NCBI RefSeq assembly: GCF_001194135.2
Contig: NC_068993.1
Location: 43,235,119-43,281,109, forward strand
Reading direction: 5' to 3'
From: Octopus bimaculoides
Taxonomy: Eukaryota
Length of the DNA stretch: 45,991 bases
The translations under genes and the position numbers were made by a program. Of the stretch, positions 1 through 11,557 are shown in pieces. Within the stretch, counting starts at the first letter, position 1; every line of letters starts with the position of its first letter. The notes beneath the pieces are model-generated. The model was not told the origin of the DNA. It worked only from the letters and a program-made list of their open reading frames with translations, and did no database searches.

Positions 1-305
1 GGTGGTGGTACAAGTGGAGGTAGTAATGCTGGTGCTGTGGTGGTGGTGGTGGTGGTGGTGGTGGTGGTAATGCTGGTGGTGGTGGTGCAAGTGCCGCTGA
101 AGCTGGTGATGCTGGTAATGTTGTTGTTGGTGGTCGTCGTGGCACTGATGGTGTTATTGGTTGTGGTGGCGGTAGTAGTGCTGCTGCTGGTGCTAGTGGT
201 GGGAATGGTGGTGATGGTGGTGGTGTTGGTAATGTTGACGATGAGGTGAGTTGGTGCAGAATGGAGAAGATCGTCACTGTCGATCATTTCACCATCTGAG
301 ATGAG
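1..305 (-). CDS. Candidate coding exon, Thr/Ser-rich (mucin-like) segment, runs off the window
   Basis: Minus-strand acceptor ...ccttcctatatatttcatttccAG at 306-307. Only phase 0 is open: LISDGEMIDSDDLLHSAPTHLIVNITNTTTITTIPTTSTSSSTTTATTTNNTISATTTTNNNITSITSFSGTCTTTT...; the other two frames stop within 8 codons. Could instead be a cryptic trinucleotide repeat. Confidence 0.45.
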
Positions 306-388
306 CTGGAAATGAAATATATAGGAAGGCAGCACAGAATTGGTGAAGGTCCAACCAATTAATTAACCAAAATTTTACTTTTGCTTAC

Positions 389-539
389 TCGTAATCTTTT
401 AGTCGGGAGGGATAGCTTTCTAGGGTATCTGAGAGCGGTGGTAAGATCAGAGATAGGTATCCTTAAATCCGAAACTTCGATGTTTGTAACAGAATGAACT
501 CCAGTGAAATCACGCAGGGTACCACTTGATATTGTTAAA
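389..539 (-). CDS. Candidate coding exon upstream of the Thr-rich exon
   Basis: Open frame LTISSGTLRDFTGVHSVTNIEVSDLRIPISDLTTALRYPRKLSLPTKRLR ends at CGA|GTAAGC (phase 0), giving an 83-nt GT-AG intron (388-306) in frame with the next exon. The acceptor (ctgcctAG at 540-541) is less certain. Confidence 0.4.
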
Positions 540-789
540 CTAGGCAGCAGATGGTGTCTACTACTCATGTAGGTCACGGCAGGATTTGAACTCAGAACGC
601 AAACACCCGGAACAATTATTGCAAAGTTCCGTCTATTTGCCTCTTTCAATTGATACATTTTATTTTTATGTCAATCTATCCCGATTCGAACTCAGAGTAC
701 ATAGAGTTTGAACAAATTTCGAGCAGCATTCTCTCCGTTACTCTAATGACCAGTTCACCTTCTATTATGAGGTTTTAATGGGTGTGTAA

Positions 790-990
790 TTATTTGACGG
801 TTGTAACTACACGTGTGCCGTTGGCGATTTCTTCTCCATCTTTCGACTTTTCCCTTTCTCCTTTCCGACGAAGAGCTATACTCGAAAGGTCAAACTCTCT
901 CCTTTCACCGAGCGTCTAGATAATACATTTCCTGTACACGCCCTCACATTCGTATTTTTCGTTTTTTTATTTGAATTGTTTGTTTATTTG
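790..990 (+). mobile_element. Penelope-like pseudo-LTR relic with decayed minimal hammerhead
   Basis: Pyrimidine-rich tract followed by an HHR-like motif at 862-894; similar layout to 25042-25330 and 25760-25985. Confidence 0.5.
862..894 (+). ncRNA. Degenerate minimal type I hammerhead motif
   Basis: TTT-CCGACGA-A-GAG-ctata-CTC-GAA-AG-GT-C-AAA. Two deviations (U4C in the core; C-to-G breaking the ACGT helix III palindrome), so probably inactive. Confidence 0.55.
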
Positions 991-1278
991 AATTGACTAT
1001 ATGTGTGCGTGTGTGCTTGTCCGTGCGCACGCGCGCGTGTGTGTGAGTGTGTGTGTGTGTGTATGTATTAGGTTGAGCACAAAGTCTTGTTACGCTTTTT
1101 TTTTATCTCTTTGGGGTACTTTAGTTTTCAATAATTACAGTAAAATGAACTTTAATTTTTTCATTTTAATGAAATTTCTTTTTCGTTCTTTGCAGATTAC
1201 TTTATACTATAGGGGTTAATTTCGTATCGATTCTCCCATTTTAAAATGGGTTTATATTAGACCCATATCAAGCACTGC

Positions 1279-2340
1279 ATGCCATATAAATTCAAAAGTG
1301 GCTCTTCAACAACAGAAACGACAAGAAATATTTGTTCTGTTTAAGTAAATGAAGTTTTAAGTGTCCTGACATACCAAGTTCTGCCAATATTCAGTTTCTG
1401 AAAACCAGAATTGAAGAAATTCCAAAGCATGCTGCCCGAGAGATAGCAAAACAGTTCAATGCGAGTCACATTTGAATCAAAATATCTTCATGATCTAAGA
1501 AAGGTGTAAAATCCTTGTCAGTGGGCCCCTCATCCTCTGACTGCTTCTCAGCTTTATTAAAGTGTTGGCCTCTGCTCGTCATTAAAGAACAGACTTTCTA
1601 CTGATCCTTTCCTGGGTAGGATCATCACAAGCAGTACCGGATTTGCCAGTGTGCTTAGGTGTAAAGGGCCCCTGATCAACGGGGCCCTGTCCAAGTTAGG
1701 GGGCCTCATAACGGGGCCCTGTCCACGTAAGGGGCTTCATAACTTAACTAGTACAGGGCCTCATTTGCCCTAAATCTGGTATTGATCACAAGTGATGAAA
1801 ATTAGGTTCTCTTTTATTAGAGCATACAATGAAACCGGAGAATTCATCTCTAAACAAGGACTACACCCAGAAAAAGTTATACTCTCTGTTTAGAGGGATA
1901 TAAAGAGTGACCGTTATCATGAAGTATTAAATCAAAACTAAATAATGCGAAGTATTGTCGTCAGTTGGAAGTATTGTAGAAAAAACTTTTCAGAAAAAGC
2001 GCCTATCATTGATCACTCATAAAGAGCTGTTGCTCTTACGCGATAATGCAAGATCGCATATTGCCCAAGTCATTCAGGAAAAGATTATAGCCCTAAATAT
2101 GAAAGTTTTGCTTTATTTGCCTTTCTATCCTAACCTTACTTCATTTGACTATCATTTTTTCAGATAATTGCAACAATATTTTGAGGGAAAGCAGTTTATA
2201 AATTGTGAAGAGGTTAAAAATGATATTGAGTGCTGCTTTCTTTCGAAACCTGAAGAATTTTACGCCCGAGGAATCGACAATTTGCCAACTAAATGGGATA
2301 TTAAGTTATCAATTACGAAGCGAAATATTATCTTGATTAA
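1279..2340 (+). mobile_element. Mariner (DD34D-type) transposase pseudogene, interrupted by a MITE
   Basis: Broken frames give WAPHPL (WVPHEL), FLGRIITSDE, LRDNARSH (HDNARPH), LPFYPNLTSFDYHFF (HPPYSPDLAPSDYHLF) and GIDNLPTKW; many stops and frameshifts. Confidence 0.9.
1632..1784. mobile_element. hAT-type MITE (153 bp) nested in the mariner
   Basis: TIRs CAGTACCGGATTT / AAATCTGGTATTG; perfect 8-bp TSD ATCACAAG (1624-1631, 1785-1792); internal 32-bp tandem repeat containing GGGGCCC. Confidence 0.85.
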
Positions 2341-2494
2341 CTACATCAATTATGACCAAAAGAAGCATTTCTTTCTTTCTCATCTTGAAATTCGACAAGA
2401 CTTTCTTTTCTACATGATGCGTGTGAGTGTGTGTGTGGATATATTCTTCTATAATATATATGGGTATGTCTATGTATAGATATATGTGTCAGTG

Positions 2495-2547
<53 letters not shown>

Positions 2548-2671
2548 CTATTACAAGAGAATTAGTTAAACACTCCTCGAAAAGTTATTTATAAAGTAAA
2601 ATATTAGGAATGTTGGTTCATGATGGTTTAAACATTATTTTCATCTTTGTCAATTGCAATGTTATCCCCAG

Positions 2672-2721
2672 ATGTTTGGAAATGAATTATTATTGGAAAG
2701 ATTAGTCCTGTCATTTTCAAT
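2672..2721 (+). CDS. Weak candidate exon (MFGNELLLERLVLSFS)
   Basis: ccccAG acceptor, GTAAGT donor, one open frame; no recognisable homology. Confidence 0.2.
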
Positions 2722-3021
2722 GTAAGTCTTTAATATGATTTCCGAATTACCATTTTTGAGATGTGATTATTGAGACTAAACGTCGTTTGCGTCTTGTCTT
2801 TAAAAATTATATCTGCTAATCTTTGCACCGCGAGACAACAACTGTTGATAAACACAATGGCAAACACATATACATACATATATAGAACACATTCGCGTTT
2901 GCTCACACGCAAACGTATAAAGATTTGCATATCTATTTGTGAGTTCCCTCCACATCGTTTACAAAGCTTTTCTTCTCTTCTAAATTTCTTACTTTGTGAA
3001 AGGATGCATATCTGTATCTGG

Positions 3022-3053
<32 letters not shown>

Positions 3054-3111
3054 NNNNNNNNNNCATTACATTACATTACACAATATTATTTTACATTGTA
3101 TTATAAATTAG

Positions 3112-3147
<36 letters not shown>

Positions 3148-3879
3148 AATACATTATTTATAGAGTATCATAAATTTTGTATGATAACAGCCGATTCATG
3201 TTAACGAACAGTTTCGTGCTAAAGGGCCATTCTAAACTTGAAAGGTTTTTTTAACATGAAACTATTTGGTAATATGATTCGGCTATTATAATACTGTATA
3301 AATGAGATACCCACAGTATTACACAATACATGAGTGTCTACAATTTTAACTTATGAAAAATTTTTGCGTAATTATACATACATATATATATATATTAGGA
3401 AAAGATGCTATCCATAACAAAGGTAACTCCTTATGTAATATTAGTTGCCTTTAGCAAGTATGACATAACAATGCTGCAATGATAAGCTTCTGTTTGTTTT
3501 TTTTTGTCTTTTGACGCAGTGAAGATTTAGTGAAGGAAAGACCAATAATATGTTTGATATAGTTTTCCAGTAAATTACTTAACTGTAAGAAAAAAACATC
3601 GTATATCTTAGAAAACTTCGTAATGGTTTTAGACAGCAATGACCTAGATCATGCGTTCATTTGATAGAGAGGAAACCATATAAAATTGTTTACTGCGATT
3701 GAGGATTTAGGTGTTCAGCGAAACATATTGTAGATTGGAACAGTTTTTAGTCACCTTTCGTATGAATATCCTGTAATTGTAGCTACTATACTGTTGTGTT
3801 TATGTTGTAGACATTCTCTTCGCAAGAACTTGAAATTATGTAGTAATATATGTAATGTTCTTCATTTACTGTAAAAAGA

Positions 3880-4078
3880 AATTTCAAATTTTGGCACAAG
3901 GCCAACGAGTTGGAGGAGGCGGATAGTCGACTACAGTATTTGACTTATTATATCGATCACGAAGGATAAAAGGCAAAGTAGGCTCAGACGGTACTTGGAC
4001 TCAGAACATAAAGAGCCAGAAGAAATTCCGCTAAATATTTTGCCCGGCTTGGTAACGATTCTGCTAGCTCACCACTTC
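3880..4078 (-). mobile_element. tRNA-derived SINE, family B
   Basis: Reverse-strand match to the family-B head and body seen at 23540-23760. Confidence 0.75.
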
Positions 4079-4350
4079 ATTTACTCTATATGATATGAAG
4101 GAAGAACTTCTGTAAAAGAAACATGACACACATGTATTTACGTTTACTGGAATATTTGCTCTTATCAGGAAATGAAATTACCAGATTAAATTTTATACGA
4201 TATTTAACATTAGGTATTTCATTTGCTTTTATTTTTAGTTTGGTCTGAAAGGAGGAGTCTGTTTCTATAGCTTCTGCAGGTTCTCCATGACCGATGACAT
4301 TGGCGTGTTTAAAATTCTTCTTGAAGAATTACAAGAAAAACATACATTTA

Positions 4351-4740
4351 GGCGCAGGCACGGTTGTGTAGCTAAGAAGCTTGCTTTAGAACCACACGAT
4401 TTTGGTTTCAGTCCCACTTTGTAGCACCTTCGGCAAGTGTCTGTTACTATAGCCCCGGACCGATCATTGCTCTGTGAGTGAATTTGGTTGACAGAAACTG
4501 TATCGAAGCCCGTCGTATGTGTTTTTGTTTCTGTGCTTATTTTCCCCTCTACAGCTTGACAACCGGTGCTAGTTTCTTCATGTCTCCATAACTCAACGGT
4601 TCGCCAGAAGAATTTCAAAGAATATGTACCAGGTTTTATAAATTAGCACTGGAGTCAGTCTGTTCGACTAAAAGCCCGTCAAAAGGCGGTGCCCCAGCAC
4701 GGTCACAGTGCAATGACTGAAACAAGTAAAGGATAAAAGA
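4351..4740 (+). mobile_element. tRNA-derived SINE, family A, full length
   Basis: tRNA-like head with B-box-like GGTTTCAGTCCC, GCACCTTCGGCAAGTG core and tail ATGACTGAAACAAGTAAAGGATAAAAG; homologous to 8786-9164. Confidence 0.85.
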
Positions 4741-4903
4741 TGCAAGGAAAAAATTCCATAACGGTGTTGCTCTGGGGAGAAAAGATTGGACTTAGTGATT
4801 ATTGCAAGGTAAGTGAAGCGGACACAATATAGATGACGAGCGAATCGGGATAGCCTGGGTGGAGCTATCACGTAACCAACAAGTTCCAAGGAGCTAATGC
4901 CAT

Positions 4904-4904
<1 letters not shown>

Positions 4905-4974
<70 letters not shown>
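4905..4974. repeat. (AGT)n microsatellite
   Basis: Direct sequence. Confidence 0.95.
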
Positions 4975-4975
<1 letters not shown>

Positions 4976-5825
4976 AAAAAGCAGATAGATTAGCTGTAAG
5001 TTTGTGGACCAGCAGTTAGAGCATGGTTGTTACTGAAAAACTATGAAAAAATCGTAATAAAAACGTGACTAGTTTTTTTGTTTTTTTTGTGAGGAGGTTA
5101 TATCTGTTACAAATATTTTGTAAGTTTATTTCATTGTGTTGGTACAAGCATAGCTCACAGCACACCATAAAGAGCCATACAAGTGACCAATACGCAATAA
5201 AGGCCATGCGAGTAACGAGAATACTATAAAGTACCATCCAAGTGATGAAAAAATGTTTGTCATACATTTTCCCAACGCTTGTGTCATTCACATTAACGGG
5301 TGAACGTAAGTTTAGAAACACGATAGCAGTTAGTTTATGATTTATCTATAAACCTGAACGTATTCCAAAGAGAGCTAAACTAACTAATCCACAGGCCATG
5401 ATCTCTAACAATCCCTTTAGTGTGAGGAATGTTTCTTCATATGTACAGCGTCTTGAGAAGCTATTGATTCTTGAGGGCCTCTGCGTCATTTTAAAAATTA
5501 CAAGTGAGAAACTTTACCGTGTATTTAACTAAGATAGAGAATATCAGGATTTACATAAGAACAAGCAGCTGTTAGGTCTGCAGTAAGTATTTCATCAACG
5601 AAACTGCACAGTGCCAGTGGCCATGACACGCAATTATCAATAATCGAATTCACCAAGCTCTAATTAGTATAATTTCTTCCTATAGGCAAACCCAGCTTTC
5701 TAGAATAAACGATTCGTTCTTTTAGATTGTCAAATGCAAATCCTATATAAGAAAAGTTACTTGTCTTCGAACAAACACATTTATCTCCTTTTAAAAGTAA
5801 GCATTGTGGAACGTTAAATTTTATT

Positions 5826-6492
5826 AATGACTTGTAGGCAAATGATATTTCGTTATACAACCATAATATCCTATAAAGTATATTGAATGTTTTTATAAGT
5901 CAACACCACATTCTACTGCGTTAGCAGTGCTCTTTACATTTATTTTGTTACGGTTATTTTTACAGAAATTATAGCCAGCAATGATTTGTTTTTGTTTTTT
6001 TTTTGCTGCAACGTTTCGTATCCAGACGTCAGATGTAAACAAACAATGAAATCGGAGACAAGATGAGGGATGAGTGTATATGTCATATTTCAGAGGGTTT
6101 TGCCCCTTCATCAGCACCCATATAACCAATTTTCGCCTCCGAACACATTGCTTATTTAGCCACCGCATCCAGTAGTGTTAAGTTATTGGATTTACTAATT
6201 TACATATTCCTGGGGCTGGTATCTAAACATTAATGACTTGTAAGCAAGCGGTATTTCGTTATGCAGCCATAATATACTATAAATTATATTAAATGTTTTT
6301 ATAAGTCAATATCACGTTCTACTGCGTTAGCAGTGCTCTATACATTATTTTGTCAAGGTATTTCAAAAGAAATTATAGCTAGCACTGATTTTTTTTTTTT
6401 TTGCTACAGCGTTTCGTATCGAGACGTCAAATTTAAACAAACAATGAAATCGAAGACAATAATGGGTAATGAGTATATATGCCCTATTTCGG
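5826..6492 (-). repeat. ~400-bp tandem duplication (about 1.6 units) carrying a hammerhead ribozyme
   Basis: AATGACTTGT at 5826 and 6232; identical TTCTACTGCGTTAGCAGTGCTCT in both units; ATGAGT at 6070 and 6469 (period about 400). Confidence 0.85.
6070..6121 (-). ncRNA. Complete type I hammerhead ribozyme
   Basis: Minus strand: ATGGGTG-CTGATGA-AGGGG-CAAAAC-CCTCT-GAA-ATATG-A-CATAT-A-CACTCAT. Canonical core, 7-bp stem I, 5-bp stem II, stem III, AUA cleavage triplet (cut between 6077 and 6076). Distal stem I helix CGGAGGCGA/TTGTCTCCG (6141-6133 with 6061-6053). Confidence 0.85.
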
Positions 6493-8084
6493 GAAATTTC
6501 TTAAGGAAGGGGAAGCAAAATAGTAAGTGGGGTAAAATGGGTAATTCGTATTTCCTAAGGATTTTTTTGTTCATCTGATGCATTTTGTTGCATCACCTTT
6601 TTTCTACTGTTGCGTCATCTTTGAGAATAAAAACTGGACAGCATAGTTGTCGCTGATCAAGTTGAGAGAGCTCATCAAATTGCACCCTTTTCTCAAGAAA
6701 TTTCACCTATTAGATTGCTAATAGAATTTCTAGATAATTTTTGGTATTTAACAATCAATATTCTTTTCTCTGTTGGATTCCAGGTCAATTTTTCCCACAC
6801 TTGTCTCTAATTCGATCATTTTCAGTTTTCAGAAGATGATGACTCAAGTGGGACAAAGTGAATAATGACTGATTTAAATTATATCGTCTCTTTAACGAGA
6901 TTGTGCGTAAATATATCAGGAAGATAACCACTTCAGCATATCATAAAGAAGCTATAGGGAATATTTTATGTTGAGTTTTTAGATTTAGTCGAGTTTCGTT
7001 AATTTCATATCATGTGTCATTTTTCCCTGATCCTCGTTCATTTGACCTAGATATTTTAAACGTATTAATACGTATGAGTCTTTTTACAAATGTCATTCTT
7101 GAGAACTGAAGAAGCAAAATTTACCTTATTCTGCCTTACTCATTTTGTTCCACCTAAATTTGTCTTTTGTACACTCAAAGAGAATGGAGAATATTTTCTG
7201 AAATAGTGTTCTGAATAAGTTTCAGGGCATTTAATGGATTTAATGGATGTATAGAAGATCATTTGCTTAGCTGATATAGTTTTCGTAAAGTAGTGAACAT
7301 TTGTAAAATATATTCTTTTTCCCAAAGCCAAGAATGCAGTAAATATTACTCATTGTGCCCCATCCCATACTGCTTTATTTACTTTTATGCCCAAATAATA
7401 TCTTAAATATCGTTTGCAATATTTCTTTGCGCTTTAAGCATGATATATTTTCATACTAATATTTATCGATAGGAGAATAGCTTTCACAGAAGCTGGATAT
7501 CTTTTCAACTGCAGCAAAGAAAATATAAATGTCGATACATTCAGTTTTCGTTATTCTATAGTTCGCAAAAGCTTTGTCAAACATGAAGATTTTCAGTTAT
7601 AACGTATTTATAACAATAATGTTTTATATATCAGCTTAGATTTGCATCTATGGACTCTTAAATTGAGTGCTAAGGCCTATTTTTAGTCTTGGCATTTATT
7701 ATGCATTTTGTAAATTCTTGTTTATGAGAAATAGCTTTGTTACTAATATTATAATCAAAAGCGTGCCACGTTTGTATTCTAAAATGTCTTCCGATATTCG
7801 CCTAACCATGTCTCAAAGATGGAATAAGATTAGTGTGATACGAAACAAGCTGACAGGTTGAACATAAATAATGACATTTAAGCAAAAATTCTTCCTATTG
7901 CATTGTTACTGGAAACTGCAAAATGTGAAATAAGCATAAGAAGAATATTCTGGGCATAACAAATATGAGGAACTGTTGTGATTTGGAAAAACCGAATATT
8001 AATCAAAAACCAGTGAAATAGAAACGTAACTGTAAACGCTCTCATGCTAATAATATAATACTAGATAAATGGATAGATAGACAG

Positions 8085-8133
<49 letters not shown>

Positions 8134-8785
8134 NNNNNNNNNNNNNNNNNNNNNNNNNNNNNNNNNNNNNNNNNNNNNNNNNNNNNNNNNNNNNNNNNNN
8201 NNNNNNNNNNNNNNNNNNNNNNNNNNNNNNNNNNNNNNNNNNNNNNNNNNNNNNNNNNNNNNNNNNNNNNNNNNNNNNNNNNNNNNNNNNNNNNNNNNNN
8301 NNNNNNNNNNNNNNNNNNNNNNNNNNNNNNNNNNNNNNNNNNNNNNNNNNNNNNNNNNNNNNNNNNNNNNNNNNNNNNNNNNNNNNNNNNNNNNNNNNNN
8401 NNNNNNNNNNNNNNNNNNNNNNNNNNNNNNNNNNNNNNNNNNNNNNNNNNNNNNNNNNNNNNNNNNNNNNNNNNNNNNNNNNNNNNNNNNNNNNNNNNNN
8501 NNNNNNNNNNNNNNNNNNNNNNNNNNNNNNNNNNNNNNNNNNNNNNNNNNNNNNNNNNNNNNNNNNNNNNNNNNNNNNNNNNNNNNNNNNNNNNNNNNNN
8601 NNNNNNNNNNNNNNNNNNNNNNNNNNNNNNNNNNNNNNNNNNNNNNNNNNNNNNNNNNNNNNNNNNNNNNNNNNNNNNNNNNNNNNNNNNNNNNNNNNNN
8701 NNNNNNNNNNNNNNNNNNNNNNNNNNNNNNNNNNNNNNNNNNNNNNNNNNNNNNNNNNNNNNNNNNNNNNNNNNNNNNNNNNNNN
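8134..8785. other. Assembly gap (first of nine large gaps)
   Basis: N-runs at 8134-8785, 10018-11000, 12018-12804, 18756-19014, 23153-23325, 30882-31119, 32028-32197, 41746-42195, 44400-44882; most are flanked by simple repeats. Confidence 0.99.
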
Positions 8786-9164
8786 TTGACTGCGGCCATG
8801 CTGGAGCACCGCCTTATAGTTGAGCAAATCGACCCCAGGACTTATTCTTTGGAAGCCTAGTACTTATTCTATCGATCTCTTTTGCCGAACAGCTAAGTTA
8901 CGGGGACGTAAACACACCAGCATCGGTTGTCAAACGATGTTGGGGGAACAAACACAGACACAAACATATACACACACATACATATATATATATACATATA
9001 TACGACGAGCTTCTTTCAGTTTCCGTCTACCAAATCCACTCACAAGGCTTTGATCAGCCCGAGGCTATAGTAGAAGACACTTGCCCAAGGTGCCACGCAG
9101 TGGGAATGAACCCAGAACCATGTGGTTGGTAAGCAAGCTACTTACCACACAGCCACTCCTACGC
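8786..9164 (-). mobile_element. tRNA-derived SINE, family A, well-preserved copy
   Basis: Head GCGTAGGAGTGGCTGTGTGGTAAGTAGCTTG...GGGTTCATTCCCACTGCGTGGCACCTTGGGCAAG, central microsatellite, tail cut by the gap. Confidence 0.9.
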
Positions 9165-9399
9165 ATATATTGATATCTTTTTATTAATATTTAGCAGAAG
9201 CAACACAGAGACTCACGGGCCGAGAAATATACGTATACTCATACTTAGAGTTCTATTTTAGCTGTTTGCTAGACCAAACCTATGTGGTGAGGGCTGTTAA
9301 ACCAAGATGATGTGAAGTGGTGAACGCTTGGAAAAATGAGCTTTGAGAAGAGACAGATAAAAGCACGTCTTGTCTTTAGGAAGAAAGCGGAAGAAGAGA

Positions 9400-9588
9400 G
9401 AATGTGGTGTATGTGTGTGGGAGAGAGAGTGTGTGCGCGCGCACACACACGCATACACACATGTATGCGTATATAGATGTGTGTGTGAGTGCGTGTATGT
9501 ATATATGTATGTATGTATGCATGCATGCATCTATGTATGCATGCATGCATGCATGCATGTATGTATGTATGTATGTATGTATGTATGT
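9400..9588. repeat. Compound (GT)n/(ATGT)n/(ATGC)n microsatellite
   Basis: Direct sequence; source of several spurious ORFs. Confidence 0.9.
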
Positions 9589-11030
9589 TGATACCAATAG
9601 ATATGCTTGATTAAACGTAATGACACTTATAAATTATTGATGAATTTGTTTCTAGCAATAAGGGAAATACTGTTTTTCTTCTAAAATAAAAAAAAAACGC
9701 CGAGTTTTTTTTTTTTTGCTTGTTTTTTTTATTTGTTTTTTTCTTTTTTTGTTTTTTTTTTCTGCAAAGAGAATTCAAGATCTGACCATTCCTATATTAT
9801 TTCTTAAAGATATTAGCAACATAAAAAGGGATGAATCGTCTTCAAACTAGAATCAAAGCCACGTCATCGGAAACTTCACTCTGACTACTCAGAGTTATTC
9901 ATCTGTTTAATGAAACGTCAACGTTTGTCACAGAAAAAGACGTGGTATGATTTAGAAATTATAATCCAAATTCAATGTTATATATCTACCTCTGCTAATA
10001 TTCTGATGGAAGGTATCNNNNNNNNNNNNNNNNNNNNNNNNNNNNNNNNNNNNNNNNNNNNNNNNNNNNNNNNNNNNNNNNNNNNNNNNNNNNNNNNNNN
10101 NNNNNNNNNNNNNNNNNNNNNNNNNNNNNNNNNNNNNNNNNNNNNNNNNNNNNNNNNNNNNNNNNNNNNNNNNNNNNNNNNNNNNNNNNNNNNNNNNNNN
10201 NNNNNNNNNNNNNNNNNNNNNNNNNNNNNNNNNNNNNNNNNNNNNNNNNNNNNNNNNNNNNNNNNNNNNNNNNNNNNNNNNNNNNNNNNNNNNNNNNNNN
10301 NNNNNNNNNNNNNNNNNNNNNNNNNNNNNNNNNNNNNNNNNNNNNNNNNNNNNNNNNNNNNNNNNNNNNNNNNNNNNNNNNNNNNNNNNNNNNNNNNNNN
10401 NNNNNNNNNNNNNNNNNNNNNNNNNNNNNNNNNNNNNNNNNNNNNNNNNNNNNNNNNNNNNNNNNNNNNNNNNNNNNNNNNNNNNNNNNNNNNNNNNNNN
10501 NNNNNNNNNNNNNNNNNNNNNNNNNNNNNNNNNNNNNNNNNNNNNNNNNNNNNNNNNNNNNNNNNNNNNNNNNNNNNNNNNNNNNNNNNNNNNNNNNNNN
10601 NNNNNNNNNNNNNNNNNNNNNNNNNNNNNNNNNNNNNNNNNNNNNNNNNNNNNNNNNNNNNNNNNNNNNNNNNNNNNNNNNNNNNNNNNNNNNNNNNNNN
10701 NNNNNNNNNNNNNNNNNNNNNNNNNNNNNNNNNNNNNNNNNNNNNNNNNNNNNNNNNNNNNNNNNNNNNNNNNNNNNNNNNNNNNNNNNNNNNNNNNNNN
10801 NNNNNNNNNNNNNNNNNNNNNNNNNNNNNNNNNNNNNNNNNNNNNNNNNNNNNNNNNNNNNNNNNNNNNNNNNNNNNNNNNNNNNNNNNNNNNNNNNNNN
10901 NNNNNNNNNNNNNNNNNNNNNNNNNNNNNNNNNNNNNNNNNNNNNNNNNNNNNNNNNNNNNNNNNNNNNNNNNNNNNNNNNNNNNNNNNNNNNNNNNNNN
11001 ATATATATATATATTAGATAGATAGACTTA

Positions 11031-11110
11031 TGCGTGTAAGTCTTTGCGTGTGTGTCTTTGCGTGTGTGTCTTTGCGTGTGTGTCTTTGCGTGTGTGTCTT
11101 TGCGTGTGTT
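11031..11110. repeat. 14-bp minisatellite (TGCGTGTGTGTCTT)n, about 5.5 copies
   Basis: Direct sequence. Confidence 0.9.
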
Positions 11111-11162
11111 TGTCCCCCACACACCTTTTCACAACCGGCGTTGATGTATTTACGTTCTTGTA

Positions 11163-11354
11163 AAGTTTATGTCTCATTTGTTCGTACATACGTCACACCA
11201 TTGTGGTTGTTTGGAACTTGCTAGTTCTCTGTAGCAAAATACAATAAAATGTTCCCCCAATGATCTGTTATGGTAAAGCATTCAGAATCATTCAATGCAG
11301 AGTTCCAAACAACCATAATGGTGAAGCGTATATAGGAACAAATGATATAAACTT
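11163..11354. mobile_element. Foldback/MITE-like element with ~55-bp imperfect inverted arms
   Basis: Arms 11163-11218 and 11301-11354, about 80% complementary by hand alignment, 82-nt spacer; directly follows a family-A SINE body fragment. Confidence 0.6.
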
Positions 11355-11455
11355 GTGTTTACCATAATTTCTCATATATGCACGCGCGTGCGTGTGCGTG
11401 TGTATGTACGTATGTATGCAGATATATTCGGATACAACTATATATNNNNNNNNNN

Positions 11456-11495
<40 letters not shown>

Positions 11496-11557
11496 TGAGT
11501 GTTTGCTCGCACGTGTATGTAGATACACTTTGAGAATGATAAATAAAGGTATGTATA

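Noticed and set aside
37-249. Plus-strand poly-Val ORF
   Set aside because: Translation of a GGT-type repeat; the splice signals support the minus-strand frame instead.
2760-3295. LRR-like peptides on the minus strand (LADIIFKDKTQTTFSLNNHISKM; ILPNSFM/LKNLSSLEW)
   Set aside because: AT-rich DNA readily yields L/N/I/F/S/K patterns. One needs a frameshift, and the splice phase of the other does not join the 389-539 exon.
5660-5860. ORF with a C..YIG motif suggesting GIY-YIG next to the HHR repeat
   Set aside because: Only a 3-residue match; the conserved Arg/His/Glu spacing is not convincing.
6560-7600. Possible piggyBac transposase remnants on the minus strand (GKRIYFTN, GTK*VRQNK)
   Set aside because: Motifs too short and broken to support a call without a profile search.
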